Part shown: positions 51,052 through 61,583 of the stretch, piece by piece
Position numbering within the stretch: the stretch's first letter is position 1
Layout of the letters: the number at the start of each line of letters is the position of its first letter
Source of the DNA: Alphaproteobacteria bacterium
GTDB taxonomy: Bacteria > Pseudomonadota > Alphaproteobacteria > RS24
Assembly (NCBI GenBank): GCA_965656255.1
Contig: CBFHJI010000001.1
Location: forward strand, 8,505 to 72,504
DNA length: 64,000 nt
Direction of reading: 5' to 3'
Position numbers and translations under genes: made by a program
Notes under the pieces: generated by a model
The model's database searches: none
The model's input: only the letters and a program-made list of their open reading frames with translations
What the model was told of the DNA's origin: nothing

Positions 51052-51992
51052 TGACAACTCTTCTTATTGCTGAACATAATAATTCTGAACTCAATGATTC
51101 AACGCTCAAAGCCGCAACAGCAGCTAGCAAGCTTGGTGCAGATGTACATGTGCTCGTTGCTGGCTCAGGTTGCGCCAGCGTTGCTGAGGCTGCCTCTAAA
51201 ATAGCCGGCGTTAGCAAAGTCTTATTGGCAGACGCACCGGCACTCGACAAAATGCTTGCCGAACCTATGGCGGCTTTGGTGACATCACTGGGTGACACCT
51301 ATACAGCTTTTGTAACAGCCTCTTCCACAAATGGTAAGAATTTCATGCCACGGATTGCGGCATTGCTTGATTGCTCACAAATTTCTGATGTCGCTGCGAT
51401 CCTAGATGCAAACACATTTGAGCGTCCAATTTATGCGGGCAACGCTATACAGACAGTTTCAACATCTGAAGCCAAGAAAGTGCTTACTATCCGCACAACC
51501 GCGTTTAAAGCCGCAGAACTAACTGGCAGCGCCGCCGTTGAAGCGATCACAGCCGGTGACATGCCTGGCCTGTCTGAATTTATTGGCGAAGAGCTTACAA
51601 AATCTGACCGCCCAGAACTAACTGCCGCTAAAATCGTTGTATCTGGTGGTCGCGGTATGCAATCAGGTGAAAACTTTGCAATGCTTGAGAAAGTTGCCGA
51701 CAAATTGGGAGCCGCTATGGGCGCCTCACGCGCAGCTGTTGACGCTGGTTTTGTGCCAAACGATTACCAAGTTGGTCAAACAGGTAAAGTTGTTGCCCCT
51801 GATCTTTACATTGCCGTTGGCATTTCAGGCGCTATTCAGCACCTTGCCGGCATGAAAGACAGCAAAGTCATCGTTGCAATTAACAAAGATGAAGAAGCGC
51901 CTATTTTTCAGGTGGCTGACTATGGTTTGGTTGCTGACTTATTTACAGCGGTGCCTGAACTTGAAGCCGAACTTGGAAATGCTGGGCTTTAA
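51051..51992 (+). CDS. etfA: Electron transfer flavoprotein alpha subunit
   Basis: C-terminal FAD-binding region (VSGGRG...[16 protein letters not shown]). TAATG overlap with etfB. Confidence 0.9.
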   Translation: MTTLLIAEHNNSELNDSTLKAATAASKLGADVHVLVAGSGCASVAEAASKIAGVSKVLLADAPALDKMLAEPMAALVTSLGDTYTAFVTASSTNGKNFMPRIAALLDCSQISDVAAILDANTFERPIYAGNAIQTVSTSEAKKVLTIRTTAFKAAELTGSAAVEAITAGDMPGLSEFIGEELTKSDRPELTAAKIVVSGGRGMQSGENFAMLEKVADKLGAAMGASRAAVDAGFVPNDYQVGQTGKVVAPDLYIAVGISGAIQHLAGMKDSKVIVAINKDEEAPIFQVADYGLVADLFTAVPELEAELGNAGL

Positions 51993-52036
51993 GCATTAAG
52001 AATATGGTCTTTAAAAGCTAAGCTAGGGAAAAACAA

Positions 52037-52909
52037 ATGGTCACGACAGTCGGCATTATCGGCGCAGGCCAAATGGGCAGCGGAATAGCCCATGTGTTTT
52101 CTTTAGCTGGCTTCAAGGTCCTGTTGAATGATATTTCTGAAGACCGGGTTGCGAATGGCTTAGCCACGATAAATGGCAATATGAGCCGTCAGGTTGTCTC
52201 TGGCAAAATTACAGAAGAAGCACGCTCAAAAGCGCTCGACAATATTGAAGGCGCTAATGACCTTGCAGAACTTTCTGCATGCCACTTGGTGATCGAGGCG
52301 GCCACCGAGAATGAAAGCGTCAAATGTGATATTTTACGCGAAGTCAGCGGCATTCTTGGGCCAGAGGCTATTATTGCTTCAAATACATCCTCAATCTCGA
52401 TTACGCGACTTGCCGCTGTCACAGACCGCCCTGAAAAATTTATTGGCATGCATTTCATGAACCCCGTCCCTGTGATGGAGCTCGTCGAAATCATTCGTGG
52501 AATTGCCACTGACGATGCGACTTTTGAGACGGTTCTGGAGATTGTCGCAAAATTGGGTAAAACCAGTGCTGTTGCCGAAGACTTCCCAGCATTTATTGTG
52601 AATCGTATTTTACTACCCATGATCAATGAAGCAGTCTATGCGCTTTATGAAGGTGTTGGTAATGTCGAAGCAATTGATAAAGCAATGCGTCTTGGCGCAA
52701 ATCATCGCATGGGACCCTTGCAATTGGCCGACTTTATTGGCTTAGACACTTGCCTTTCTATCATGCAAGTGCTCAATGACGGGCTTGGTGACAGTAAATA
52801 TCGTCCTTGCCCGCTTCTTGTGAAATATGTTGAGGCAGGTTGGCTCGGCAAAAAAACCGGTCGTGGTTTTTATGACTATTCTGGCGAAACGCCAATGCCA
52901 ACGCGCTAA
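52037..52909 (+). CDS. 3-hydroxybutyryl-CoA / 3-hydroxyacyl-CoA dehydrogenase
   Basis: NAD motif [11 protein letters not shown] and a HADH-like core ([15 protein letters not shown]). Confidence 0.9.
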   Translation: MVTTVGIIGAGQMGSGIAHVFSLAGFKVLLNDISEDRVANGLATINGNMSRQVVSGKITEEARSKALDNIEGANDLAELSACHLVIEAATENESVKCDILREVSGILGPEAIIASNTSSISITRLAAVTDRPEKFIGMHFMNPVPVMELVEIIRGIATDDATFETVLEIVAKLGKTSAVAEDFPAFIVNRILLPMINEAVYALYEGVGNVEAIDKAMRLGANHRMGPLQLADFIGLDTCLSIMQVLNDGLGDSKYRPCPLLVKYVEAGWLGKKTGRGFYDYSGETPMPTR

Positions 52910-52927
52910 ACCGCGTTAACCCTAGGT

Positions 52928-53509
52928 TTACTTCCCGATAAGCCCTAAAATTGCTGCTTGCGCCTGCGCCCCATCCCAAATGGCCTCCCCTTGCAATCGC
53001 GCAACTTCCTGGCCCTTTTCATTAATAAATAATGTGGTCGGAACACCAAATAATCCAATTTGGCGGGCGATTTTTTGGCCGCCATCATGTGCCCTCAATA
53101 GGGAGGTAATACCCAAACTGTCTAGAAAGGCGTCGGGTTTATCGCGTTTACCGCGATCGAGGCTAAGCGCAATCACATCGGCGCGATCACCTAAAATATT
53201 TTGTAGGTTTTCAAATTGAGGCATTTCGCGACGGCACGGCGCACACCAGGTCGCCCATAGATTAATAATAAGAAAACGCCCCCGAAAATCAGCCAATGTC
53301 TTTGCACCCGTAGGCAAATCAACGGTAAAATCTGGAAGTTCAATAGGGGTGGTGTGCTGCACAAATTTCGTATTAAAATCATCATGCGTCGACGACGACT
53401 TGCTTTCTATGCCCTCAGTCAGGTATAGGGACACAAGGCCGATAATACCGGCAAAGATCGCTAGCGTAGCAAAGATTTTAATAAAGCGGGATGTGAACAG
53501 TTTTAACAT
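52928..53509 (-). CDS. TlpA-like periplasmic thiol:disulfide oxidoreductase (thioredoxin fold)
   Basis: Membrane anchor plus WATWCAPC active site. Start chosen at MLKLFTSRF, with GGAG 6 nt upstream. Confidence 0.75.
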   Translation of the reverse strand: MLKLFTSRFIKIFATLAIFAGIIGLVSLYLTEGIESKSSSTHDDFNTKFVQHTTPIELPDFTVDLPTGAKTLADFRGRFLIINLWATWCAPCRREMPQFENLQNILGDRADVIALSLDRGKRDKPDAFLDSLGITSLLRAHDGGQKIARQIGLFGVPTTLFINEKGQEVARLQGEAIWDGAQAQAAILGLIGK

Positions 53510-53531
53510 AACCATCTCCAAAAGGTGAGAC

Positions 53532-54923
53532 ATGAGCAATCGGATGTGGGGCGGACGGTTTGGCGACGGCCCCGACGACATAATGGAAGAGATAAACGCT
53601 TCTATCGGTTTTGACCAGCGTTTGTCTGGGCAAGACTTGCGGGGTTCGCGAGCGCATTGTCGCATGCTCATCGCACAAGGCATTATTTCCGAAGCAGACG
53701 GAAAAGCTATTCTCTCTGGTTTAGATAAAATAGAAAGCCAAATAGAAAACGGAACATTCGAGTTTAAGCGCGCGCTTGAAGATATTCATATGAATATTGA
53801 GGATGCGCTTCGCCTCGATATTGGTCCGAGTGCTGGCCGGTTACACACGGCACGTTCACGCAATGACCAAGTCGCAACCGACTTTCGTTTATATGTTCGC
53901 GACACGATAGATCACATCCTAACGCAACTCATTAAATTACAATTGAGCTTTGCTCGGCAAGCCGCTTCTCATGCAGGCACAATCATGCCTGGGTTTACGC
54001 ATTTACAAACCGCTCAGCCTGTCACCTTTGGGCACCACTTATTAGCCTATGTGGAAATGCTGGCGCGGGATCGTGGCCGTTTTGTTGATGCCCGCAAACG
54101 CCTCAATGAAAGCCCTCTGGGCGCGGCTGCTCTTGCTGGCACGTCTTTTCCAATCGATAGATTTAAAACTGCCGAACTATTGGGATTTGATCGGCCAACA
54201 GCCAATTCCATTGATAGCGTCTCGGCCCGCGACTTTGCTCTTGAGACTTTATCGGCAGCGGCTATTTGCGCAACTCATCTCTCGCGGTTTGCGGAAGAAA
54301 TTGTGATCTATGCCACCAGCGCATTTGGTTTCTTTTCACTACCCGACGCCTTTTCAACAGGCTCTTCAATCATGCCGCAAAAACGCAACCCAGATGCGGC
54401 TGAACTTGTGCGCGCGAAATCTGGTCGGATTATTGGTGCGCTTACCGGGCTTATGATTGTGATGAAAGGTTTACCTCTTGCTTATTCAAAAGATATGCAA
54501 GAAGACAAAGAAGGTATTTTTGACGCATTGGATAATTTATCACTTTGCCTCGCGGCCATGACCGGCATGGTCGATACAATGGGAATTAATATTGATAAAA
54601 TGGCGGCTGCGGCCGGTGCCGGATTTTCAACTGCGACAGACTTAGCCGATTGGCTCGTGCAAAATATAGACATGCCGTTTCGCGATGCGCATCACGTAAC
54701 AGGCACTTTGGTTGCCATGGCTGAAACAAAAAATTGTGGCTTAGAAGATCTCAGCCTCAATGATATGCAATCTGTCGAACCGCGCATTACGAATGATATT
54801 TTTGGCGTCCTTGGCACGCAAAACTCTGTTGCTAGCCGCGTCAGTTATGGCGGCACAGCACCTGAAAATGTATCAAAGGCCGCCCAAATTTGGCTTACCG
54901 CGTTAGAAAAGGATGCGTCATGA
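53532..54923 (+). CDS. argH: Argininosuccinate lyase
   Basis: MWGGRFG N-terminus and the fumarate-lyase signature [12 protein letters not shown]. Confidence 0.95.
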   Translation: MSNRMWGGRFGDGPDDIMEEINASIGFDQRLSGQDLRGSRAHCRMLIAQGIISEADGKAILSGLDKIESQIENGTFEFKRALEDIHMNIEDALRLDIGPSAGRLHTARSRNDQVATDFRLYVRDTIDHILTQLIKLQLSFARQAASHAGTIMPGFTHLQTAQPVTFGHHLLAYVEMLARDRGRFVDARKRLNESPLGAAALAGTSFPIDRFKTAELLGFDRPTANSIDSVSARDFALETLSAAAICATHLSRFAEEIVIYATSAFGFFSLPDAFSTGSSIMPQKRNPDAAELVRAKSGRIIGALTGLMIVMKGLPLAYSKDMQEDKEGIFDALDNLSLCLAAMTGMVDTMGINIDKMAAAAGAGFSTATDLADWLVQNIDMPFRDAHHVTGTLVAMAETKNCGLEDLSLNDMQSVEPRITNDIFGVLGTQNSVASRVSYGGTAPENVSKAAQIWLTALEKDAS

Positions 54924-55033
54924 GGAAACTAATTACACTTGGTCTAATGGTCATACTGATCGCTAGCGCAACCCAAATCACCGCATGCGGGCGCCGAGGC
55001 GACCTAACGCTTCCCGGCCAAACACAACAGTAG
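54920..55033 (+). CDS. Candidate 37-aa LptM/YifL-like micro-lipoprotein
   Basis: Below the ORF-track size cutoff. Sequence is [37 protein letters not shown]: a signal peptide plus a lipobox-like ITAC, then a CG.(K/R)G.L.LP-type motif. ATGA overlap with argH, directly upstream of lysA. Confidence 0.55.
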   Translation: MRKLITLGLMVILIASATQITACGRRGDLTLPGQTQQ

Positions 55034-55045
55034 AAACCTAATCAA

Positions 55046-56317
55046 ATGGATCACTTTCAGTATAAGAATGGCGCGCTTCATGCCGAGAATGTCGCTATTA
55101 GCGAGATTGCCCGCGAAATTGGCACCCCCTTCTACTGCTATAGTCATGCGACGCTAACCCATCATTACAATGTCTTATATGACGCAATGATGAGTGCTGG
55201 TCTTGGCAAAGACAGCTTAATTTGTTTTTCAGTTAAAGCGAATTCAAACCTAGCCGTCATCGCCACACTAGCCAAACTTGGCGCTGGCGCCGATATTGTT
55301 TCTGGTGGCGAACTTAAGCGCGCCCTCAAGGCAGGCGTCCCTGCTGATCGAATCGTCTTCTCAGGCGTAGGAAAAACCAAACAAGAAATGGCGCAAGCTA
55401 TTGAGGCCGGCATTAAGCAGTTTAACATTGAAAGCTTGCGCGAGGTCGAGCAATTATCTGAGGTTGCTTTTGACCTTGATAAAATGGCGACAATTTCTTT
55501 TCGCGTAAATCCAAATATTGATGCCAAAACACATGAGAAAATATCCACGGGAAAGGCCGAAGATAAATTTGGAATTGCCTGGGAGGATACAGAGAGGGCC
55601 TATGATTTGGCCGCGAACTTGCCCAATATTATATGCTCTGGCATTGATATTCATATTGGCAGTCAAATAACCGATCTTGAGCCTTTTGAACGAGCATTTA
55701 CAAAAGTTGCGGATTTGCTGGCACGCCTACGCGCAAAAGGGCATGACATTAAAACGCTTGATCTTGGTGGCGGCTTAGGTGCCCCTTATGATAAACAAAA
55801 TCAAGCGCCGCCCAACCCAACATATTATGCCAATATTATTGCTAAAACCCTGGGCGCATCAGGTTGCCAAATTATACTTGAGCCCGGCCGTGTTATTGCT
55901 GGCAATGCCGGTATTTTGATCACATCTCTTATTCGCGAAAAACGCGGCAAAGTTAAAAACTTTATGATTATAGATGCCGCCATGACAGAGTTGATGCGAC
56001 CAACGCTTTACGGTGCATATCACGAGATTCAACCAGTAATAACCACGTCCGGAGAAACCATTTTATGGGACATTGTTGGACCTGTTTGTGAAAGCGGTGA
56101 CTTTATTGGCAAAGACCGTGAATTGCCACAACTTCAAGAGGGCGACCTCTTAGCGGTATCAACTGTTGGCGCCTATGGCGCTGTTCAGGGCTCCACCTAT
56201 AATACGCGCCCACTTGCTCCAGAAATACTGGTCTCCGGCGATCGCTTTGAAATTATTCGCCCGAGAGCAAATGTTGAAGATATGCTCGACAGGGAACACA
56301 TTCCTGATTGGTTATAG
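55046..56317 (+). CDS. lysA: Diaminopimelate decarboxylase
   Basis: Full-length LysA-like sequence (FSVKANSN PLP-lysine context, EPGR, CESGD). Confidence 0.95.
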   Translation: MDHFQYKNGALHAENVAISEIAREIGTPFYCYSHATLTHHYNVLYDAMMSAGLGKDSLICFSVKANSNLAVIATLAKLGAGADIVSGGELKRALKAGVPADRIVFSGVGKTKQEMAQAIEAGIKQFNIESLREVEQLSEVAFDLDKMATISFRVNPNIDAKTHEKISTGKAEDKFGIAWEDTERAYDLAANLPNIICSGIDIHIGSQITDLEPFERAFTKVADLLARLRAKGHDIKTLDLGGGLGAPYDKQNQAPPNPTYYANIIAKTLGASGCQIILEPGRVIAGNAGILITSLIREKRGKVKNFMIIDAAMTELMRPTLYGAYHEIQPVITTSGETILWDIVGPVCESGDFIGKDRELPQLQEGDLLAVSTVGAYGAVQGSTYNTRPLAPEILVSGDRFEIIRPRANVEDMLDREHIPDWL

Positions 56318-56388
56318 GTAGTTTTCCAAAGACTCAAATCGTGTAATGATGCGTTAACGTCAAATGACACAAAGCGCTCAGAGCAAGA

Positions 56389-57045
56389 ATGATACATTTA
56401 GAGAATATTGGCCTGCAATATGAAGGAGCTGCCCCCATTTTTAAGGATGTGTCCCTGACCATCGAAAAGGGGTCGTTTCATTTTCTGACCGGCCAATCAG
56501 GCGCTGGCAAAACATCATTGCTGCAGCTGATATTTCTGGCTAAGCGCCCAACTTCGGGCAATATATCATTATTTGGTAAGAATATTTCGAGCTTACCGCG
56601 CGACCAGTTGCCCGCAATTCGACGTCGGATTGGGGTCGTGTTCCAAGATTTTCGTCTTATTGACCATTTATCTGTTTATGAAAACGTCACATTGCCTCTC
56701 CGGGTGGCGGGTCAAAAAGAGGTGATGTTTCAGGATAATGCGCATGAATTACTCAAGTGGGTTGGTTTGGGTGAGCGTTTAAACGCTTTGCCGGAAACCC
56801 TTTCGGGCGGTGAAAAGCAGCGCGCGGCTATTGCGCGCGCCGTCATTGGTCGGCCACATATTATTGTTGCCGACGAACCAACCGGAAATGTCGACCCAGA
56901 GATTGGGTTTCGTCTCATGCGGCTTTTGGATGAGCTGAATAAAATGGGCACAACCATCATTGTCGCAACACATGATCAAAAAATATGGGAAAGCTTTAAA
57001 CATCCTCGCTTGAATATTGCCAATGGACAGGTTGAGCGGATATGA
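56389..57045 (+). CDS. ftsE: Cell division ABC ATPase FtsE
   Basis: Walker A GQSGAGKTS, signature LSGGEKQR and Walker B IIVADEPTG. Followed by an ftsX-like gene. Confidence 0.85.
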   Translation: MIHLENIGLQYEGAAPIFKDVSLTIEKGSFHFLTGQSGAGKTSLLQLIFLAKRPTSGNISLFGKNISSLPRDQLPAIRRRIGVVFQDFRLIDHLSVYENVTLPLRVAGQKEVMFQDNAHELLKWVGLGERLNALPETLSGGEKQRAAIARAVIGRPHIIVADEPTGNVDPEIGFRLMRLLDELNKMGTTIIVATHDQKIWESFKHPRLNIANGQVERI

Positions 57046-57914
57046 CAAAAACTATCCATCACCGACAATTGACAAACTCACCCATTCTACCGCGAAGCAA
57101 TATGGCCGGGCCCACTCTTGGCGCCGTAACAATGGTCATGTCTTTTCTTGCTTGCCTCGCACTTGGCGCAGCCATTCTCGTTGGCCTTGCCTCAGACAGG
57201 TGGCTATCACGTGCCACAAGCGCTTTTACTGTCCAAATTATTGACAGCGGCTCATTAAGCCCAGACGACCAAATTGAGAATGTCATGCGGGAGCTAAATG
57301 ACTTCCCTGGGGTCATAAGCGCGCAACAGCTGGGATGGAATGATATGGTTGAACTACTCGAGCCATGGCTGGGCTCGGGTAATGTCACCACAGACCTTCC
57401 TCTGCCCATACTCATTGAAGTCACGCCCGATGATAATTTGCGACGAAATGCACAAGCGCTCAATCTTCGTCTCCAAGCTGTTGCGCCTGGCGCACATCTT
57501 GATACACATGGCAGATGGCGGGAAACGCTTGAGCGCACAAGTATGATTTTACGCGTTTTTGCAGTATTCATCCTGCTTATGGTTGCTATTGCAACGCTAA
57601 CAGTGCTTATTTTTGCAACGCGTGCCGGGCTTCTCGCCAATAATGAAATTCTACAAATTCTCCACCAAATTGGGGCGCGGGATGCATTTATCTCTCGGCA
57701 CTTTGAGGCTCATTTTGTAAAGCTGACTTTATATTCATCTGTTGCTGGTCTCCTATTGGCGGCAACGATGTTCTTTCTGCTCGGCGAACTTGTTCCAGAT
57801 GCGCGAACAACAGCACTTCTGCTTTGGTTAACCCCTATCCCTATTGGTTTTATATGTCTAAGTTGGTTTGTAACGCGCCGGCATGTCTTTCGGAACCTTC
57901 GCGACATGGTTTAA
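57042..57914 (+). CDS. ftsX: FtsX-like permease
   Basis: Four TM segments with a periplasmic loop after TM1. ATGA overlap with ftsE. Confidence 0.75.
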   Translation: MTKTIHHRQLTNSPILPRSNMAGPTLGAVTMVMSFLACLALGAAILVGLASDRWLSRATSAFTVQIIDSGSLSPDDQIENVMRELNDFPGVISAQQLGWNDMVELLEPWLGSGNVTTDLPLPILIEVTPDDNLRRNAQALNLRLQAVAPGAHLDTHGRWRETLERTSMILRVFAVFILLMVAIATLTVLIFATRAGLLANNEILQILHQIGARDAFISRHFEAHFVKLTLYSSVAGLLLAATMFFLLGELVPDARTTALLLWLTPIPIGFICLSWFVTRRHVFRNLRDMV

Positions 57915-57916
57915 AT

Positions 57917-58558
57917 ATGGCACTCAAAATACATTCTTCAAAATCATCCGCTAATATCATGCTTGTTAAGCTGGCGCTTCTTAAACTTGCGCTGAGAGTA
58001 ATTGTAAGCTTTGGGCTAATCGCCACCGTTGGATTTACATTATTATTTTTTGTCTTTGTAAGCGCCTTGGGCGAAACAGACCGCGCACAACTCAAGAATG
58101 CTGATGGTATTGTTGTCTTAACGGGGACAAGCCCCATTCGCATTACAGAAGGCTTTGAATTACTCAAAAAGAATTATGGGAAACGCCTCTTAATTACGGG
58201 TGTATATAGCGGGCAAAGCTATGAGAATATTGCATCACTTAGCAGTGATCGCGGCGCAACCGAATGTTGCTTTGACCTTGATTACATTGCAACAACGACC
58301 GTGAGCAATGCTGTAGAAACTCGCAAATGGGCTCAGGTGCATGATTTCTCATCTCTCATTATTGTTACCAGCATTCATCATATGCCACGTGCTATGGTTG
58401 AGTTTCGGCGGTTCATGCCATCTCTTCACATTACCCCTTATGCGGTTCGCCCAGAGAATATTAAGCTCGATAGCTGGTGGCGCTATCCCGGCACATTCAA
58501 ACTCCTCATCGGAGAATATGCACGCTATGTCCTCAGCCTTATTGGGCTATCGGCTTAG
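57917..58558 (+). CDS. YdcF/ElyC family (DUF218) protein
   Basis: N-terminal TM segment and a DUF218-like core (GIVVLTG...RLLITGV...IIVTSIHHMPRA). Start chosen at MALKIH. Confidence 0.7.
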   Translation: MALKIHSSKSSANIMLVKLALLKLALRVIVSFGLIATVGFTLLFFVFVSALGETDRAQLKNADGIVVLTGTSPIRITEGFELLKKNYGKRLLITGVYSGQSYENIASLSSDRGATECCFDLDYIATTTVSNAVETRKWAQVHDFSSLIIVTSIHHMPRAMVEFRRFMPSLHITPYAVRPENIKLDSWWRYPGTFKLLIGEYARYVLSLIGLSA

Positions 58559-58579
58559 TGAAGGTCAAAGGGAAATAAA

Positions 58580-59578
58580 ATGCCAAACCATCAAAACAAT
58601 CAACCCAATACACCAAGTCGGCGTACAGCACGCTTTTGGCTTTTCTTTCCATTTACTGCGCTTTTACTGGCCGCGGCTGTCTATTATTTAATATGGATCT
58701 ATCTTGCTGACAGCGTGGAAAAAGAACTTCGATCTGCTGGGTTAAATTATGAAAGCACAACGCGTGGTGGCTTTCCCACGCGCATTGGATTGATCTTTCA
58801 ATCACCCCAATATGCAGACACCCATATCCAATGGGCCAGCGACCTCTTACAAATTGACCTTATGCCCTATAACCAACAAAAGGCGGTTGTCCGTTTGGAT
58901 GGCACACATGATATTTCGCTCAAAAACGGCAGGCTAGCTATCACTCATGAAGGGAATATTGCCAGTGCCCGCGCTGACCTTAATGGTCTGAGCAAGCTTG
59001 ACCTTGTGCTCACCCGCCCTGTATTTGATGGAAAATTAGGGAGAGTTAACATTAATGCCGCGACCCTTGGGTCAGAAATCCATATTCTTCGCGCTGGTGA
59101 AGGGGCGGATCATGCTAAACTCAGCATAACAAATAAAGGCCTGCGCATAGGCTCAAAAACAGCACTTGATCGCGCGGATATACTCGCGCACTTCCCGACA
59201 ACTTGGCTAGAGCAGCCCACCCAATGGGCGCAAGACCTCAATAATGGTTCTACAATCAATATTGTTGAAGGAATCTTCGCCATGAACAACCTGCTTTTCA
59301 AGGTTACAGGGCAATTAGGTGCAGACCAAAACAAGACCCTAAACGGCAAATTGAACCTTGAGGTTAATGATCTCAAAGAATTTGTTAAATTATTGGGTGA
59401 CCTAGGTGTGATCACAAAACGTGAATCAAAAGACCTACAAATTCTCAGTGGTGTGACGCGTTTATTTCGTTCGACCAGGAGCAACGACCAACCGATAAAG
59501 ATTAAATTAACATTTAAAAATGGAAAAACCTATTTAGAGCATATTGATATTGGCGCGGCACCAAAGCTGCCAATCTAG
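58580..59578 (+). CDS. DUF2125-like membrane-anchored periplasmic protein
   Basis: N-terminal TM anchor. Overall resemblance to the alphaproteobacterial DUF2125 family, recalled from memory only. Confidence 0.5.
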   Translation: MPNHQNNQPNTPSRRTARFWLFFPFTALLLAAAVYYLIWIYLADSVEKELRSAGLNYESTTRGGFPTRIGLIFQSPQYADTHIQWASDLLQIDLMPYNQQKAVVRLDGTHDISLKNGRLAITHEGNIASARADLNGLSKLDLVLTRPVFDGKLGRVNINAATLGSEIHILRAGEGADHAKLSITNKGLRIGSKTALDRADILAHFPTTWLEQPTQWAQDLNNGSTINIVEGIFAMNNLLFKVTGQLGADQNKTLNGKLNLEVNDLKEFVKLLGDLGVITKRESKDLQILSGVTRLFRSTRSNDQPIKIKLTFKNGKTYLEHIDIGAAPKLPI

Positions 59579-60495
59579 CTTTTATCTGACTTGCTATTCC
59601 GACCGAAATTTGGCTCGGCAACATCTTGCCCGGCATCAATAATGCTTTTACGAATATCTCGCGTTCGCGAAAACATATCTTGTAACGTATCACCATCATC
59701 ATGTCGGATAGCGCGCTGCAATGCTGTTAAGTCTTCATTGAAGCGGCCCAGCATTTCAAGAACCGCGCGCTTATTTCGCAAGAAAATATCACGCCACATG
59801 ATTGGGTCAGAGGCAGCAATACGCGTAAAATCACGAAAGCCACTGGCTGAGAATTTGATGACATCCGAACGCGTATCCGCTTCAAGATCAGACGCCGTGC
59901 CAACAATATTATAAGCAATCAAATGCGGAATATGGCTGGTAATTGCGAGGACCAAATCATGTTGATCGGCATCCATAAACTCGACATCCGAGCCAATATC
60001 GCGCCATAATTTTGCAACCGTTTCAACAGCACGCAAATTAGTATCTGGGGTTGGTGTAAGTACGCACCAGCGGCCAACAAACAAATCTGCAAACCCGGCA
60101 GCAGGGCCAGATTGCTCGGTTCCAGCTATAGGATGACCCGGCACCAAATAAACATCGGGCCGCAAGATCGGGCTGATATCTTCAATCACACTTGCTTTGA
60201 CAGAACCAACATCCGTAATGATCGCGCCGGGTTTAAGAGCCGGCATAATTTCTACCGCCAGGGAATAAAAAGCCCCCATCGGCACATTAAAAAAGATAAT
60301 ATCCGCACCCTGCGCCGCTGCCGCGGCGCTTTCATAGACAACATCAACAAAACCAATATTGAGTGCGGTCTCGCGCGTCTCGCGACTACGTGCATAACCA
60401 CGAACCTGACCCGCCAATTGATGTTTCTTAATGGCATGTCCAAGCGATGATCCTATTAGTCCAAGACCAATCAGAGCTATTATCGGCTTGGTCAT
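59575..60495 (-). CDS. tyrC: Prephenate/arogenate dehydrogenase
   Basis: NAD motif IGLGLIGSSLG and the HPIAG motif. Overlaps hisC by 4 nt. Confidence 0.85.
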   Translation of the reverse strand: MTKPIIALIGLGLIGSSLGHAIKKHQLAGQVRGYARSRETRETALNIGFVDVVYESAAAAAQGADIIFFNVPMGAFYSLAVEIMPALKPGAIITDVGSVKASVIEDISPILRPDVYLVPGHPIAGTEQSGPAAGFADLFVGRWCVLTPTPDTNLRAVETVAKLWRDIGSDVEFMDADQHDLVLAITSHIPHLIAYNIVGTASDLEADTRSDVIKFSASGFRDFTRIAASDPIMWRDIFLRNKRAVLEMLGRFNEDLTALQRAIRHDDGDTLQDMFSRTRDIRKSIIDAGQDVAEPNFGRNSKSDKS

Positions 60496-61583
60496 AATTC
60501 ATCCTTAAAAGCAGCCAGTGCTTCGACAACCCGACGATTGGCTTCTTCTAAGCCGACGGTCAAGCGCAAGCAGTCTGGAAGTTTATAGGATCCCATTGCA
60601 CGCAGAATTAGTCCTTTTTGGGCTAAATAATGATCCGCCGCTGCAGCAATGTCTGAGGACGCAAATCGAATGAGAACAAAATTTGCTTGGCTCGGGATCA
60701 CCTCAAAGCCAAGCCCACTGATTTGCTGCGTCAGCCATTCGCGCCATTGCCGATTATGCTGAACAGACTGCTTAATATGGTTTTGGTCCTTAAGCGCTGC
60801 AATACCTGCGCGCATCGCCAAGCTATTCACATTAAATGGAGGGCGTATGCGATTAAGAACATCAGAAATGGCCATTGGAAAATAGCCCCATCCCAAACGC
60901 AGCGCGGCAAGCCCATAAACTTTTGAGAAAGTGCGCGTGACGACCACATTGTTATAGGTATCAACGAGGTCAAACCCGTTTTCACTTTCACCTTCTGGGA
61001 CATATTCGGCATAAGCGCCATCAATGACGAGAATAATATCAGAGCGCAAACCAGCATGCAGGCGTCGGAGTTCATCAGGACTAATCATCGTGCCTGTGGG
61101 GTTATTCGGGTTGGCAATAAATACCATTCGTGTTTTGTCTGTCACAGCCGCAAGCATTGCGTCCACATCGGCTGTTAAATGTTGCTCATCCACACTGACC
61201 GCCTCCGCACCTGCGGCTTCGGTAATGAGACGATAAACGAGAAAAGCGTGTTTGGTGCTAATCGTCTGATCGCCTGGCTCAAGAAATGCCTGAGCCAAAA
61301 GGTGTAAGATTTCATCCGACCCGTTTCCGCAAACAATTCGTTCTGGATCGATTGCAAAATGCTGGCTTAATATCGCCCGAAGTTCCGCCGAGGCCCCATC
61401 TGGATAAAGAGCTAAATTAGAAACATCGCGCAAACAAGCCAGCGCATCAGGGCTTGCGCCTAATGGGTTTTCATTTGCCGATAGCTTGACCGGATTAAGA
61501 ACACCTTCCACATGCTCGCGCCCTCCAATATAGGGCTCGACATTTTTTAAGAATGATCTGGGCTGGGGGAGTTTATCTGTCAT
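60492..61583 (-). CDS. hisC: Histidinol-phosphate aminotransferase
   Basis: Class II aminotransferase with PLP-Lys context TFSKVYGLAALRLG. Confidence 0.9.
   Translation of the reverse strand: MTDKLPQPRSFLKNVEPYIGGREHVEGVLNPVKLSANENPLGASPDALACLRDVSNLALYPDGASAELRAILSQHFAIDPERIVCGNGSDEILHLLAQAFLEPGDQTISTKHAFLVYRLITEAAGAEAVSVDEQHLTADVDAMLAAVTDKTRMVFIANPNNPTGTMISPDELRRLHAGLRSDIILVIDGAYAEYVPEGESENGFDLVDTYNNVVVTRTFSKVYGLAALRLGWGYFPMAISDVLNRIRPPFNVNSLAMRAGIAALKDQNHIKQSVQHNRQWREWLTQQISGLGFEVIPSQANFVLIRFASSDIAAAADHYLAQKGLILRAMGSYKLPDCLRLTVGLEEANRRVVEALAAFKDEL

Noticed and set aside
57059-57640. 193-aa ORF antisense to ftsX.
   Set aside because: It is an Arg/Ser-rich mirror frame. The sense frame shows the FtsX topology and an ATGA overlap with ftsE.
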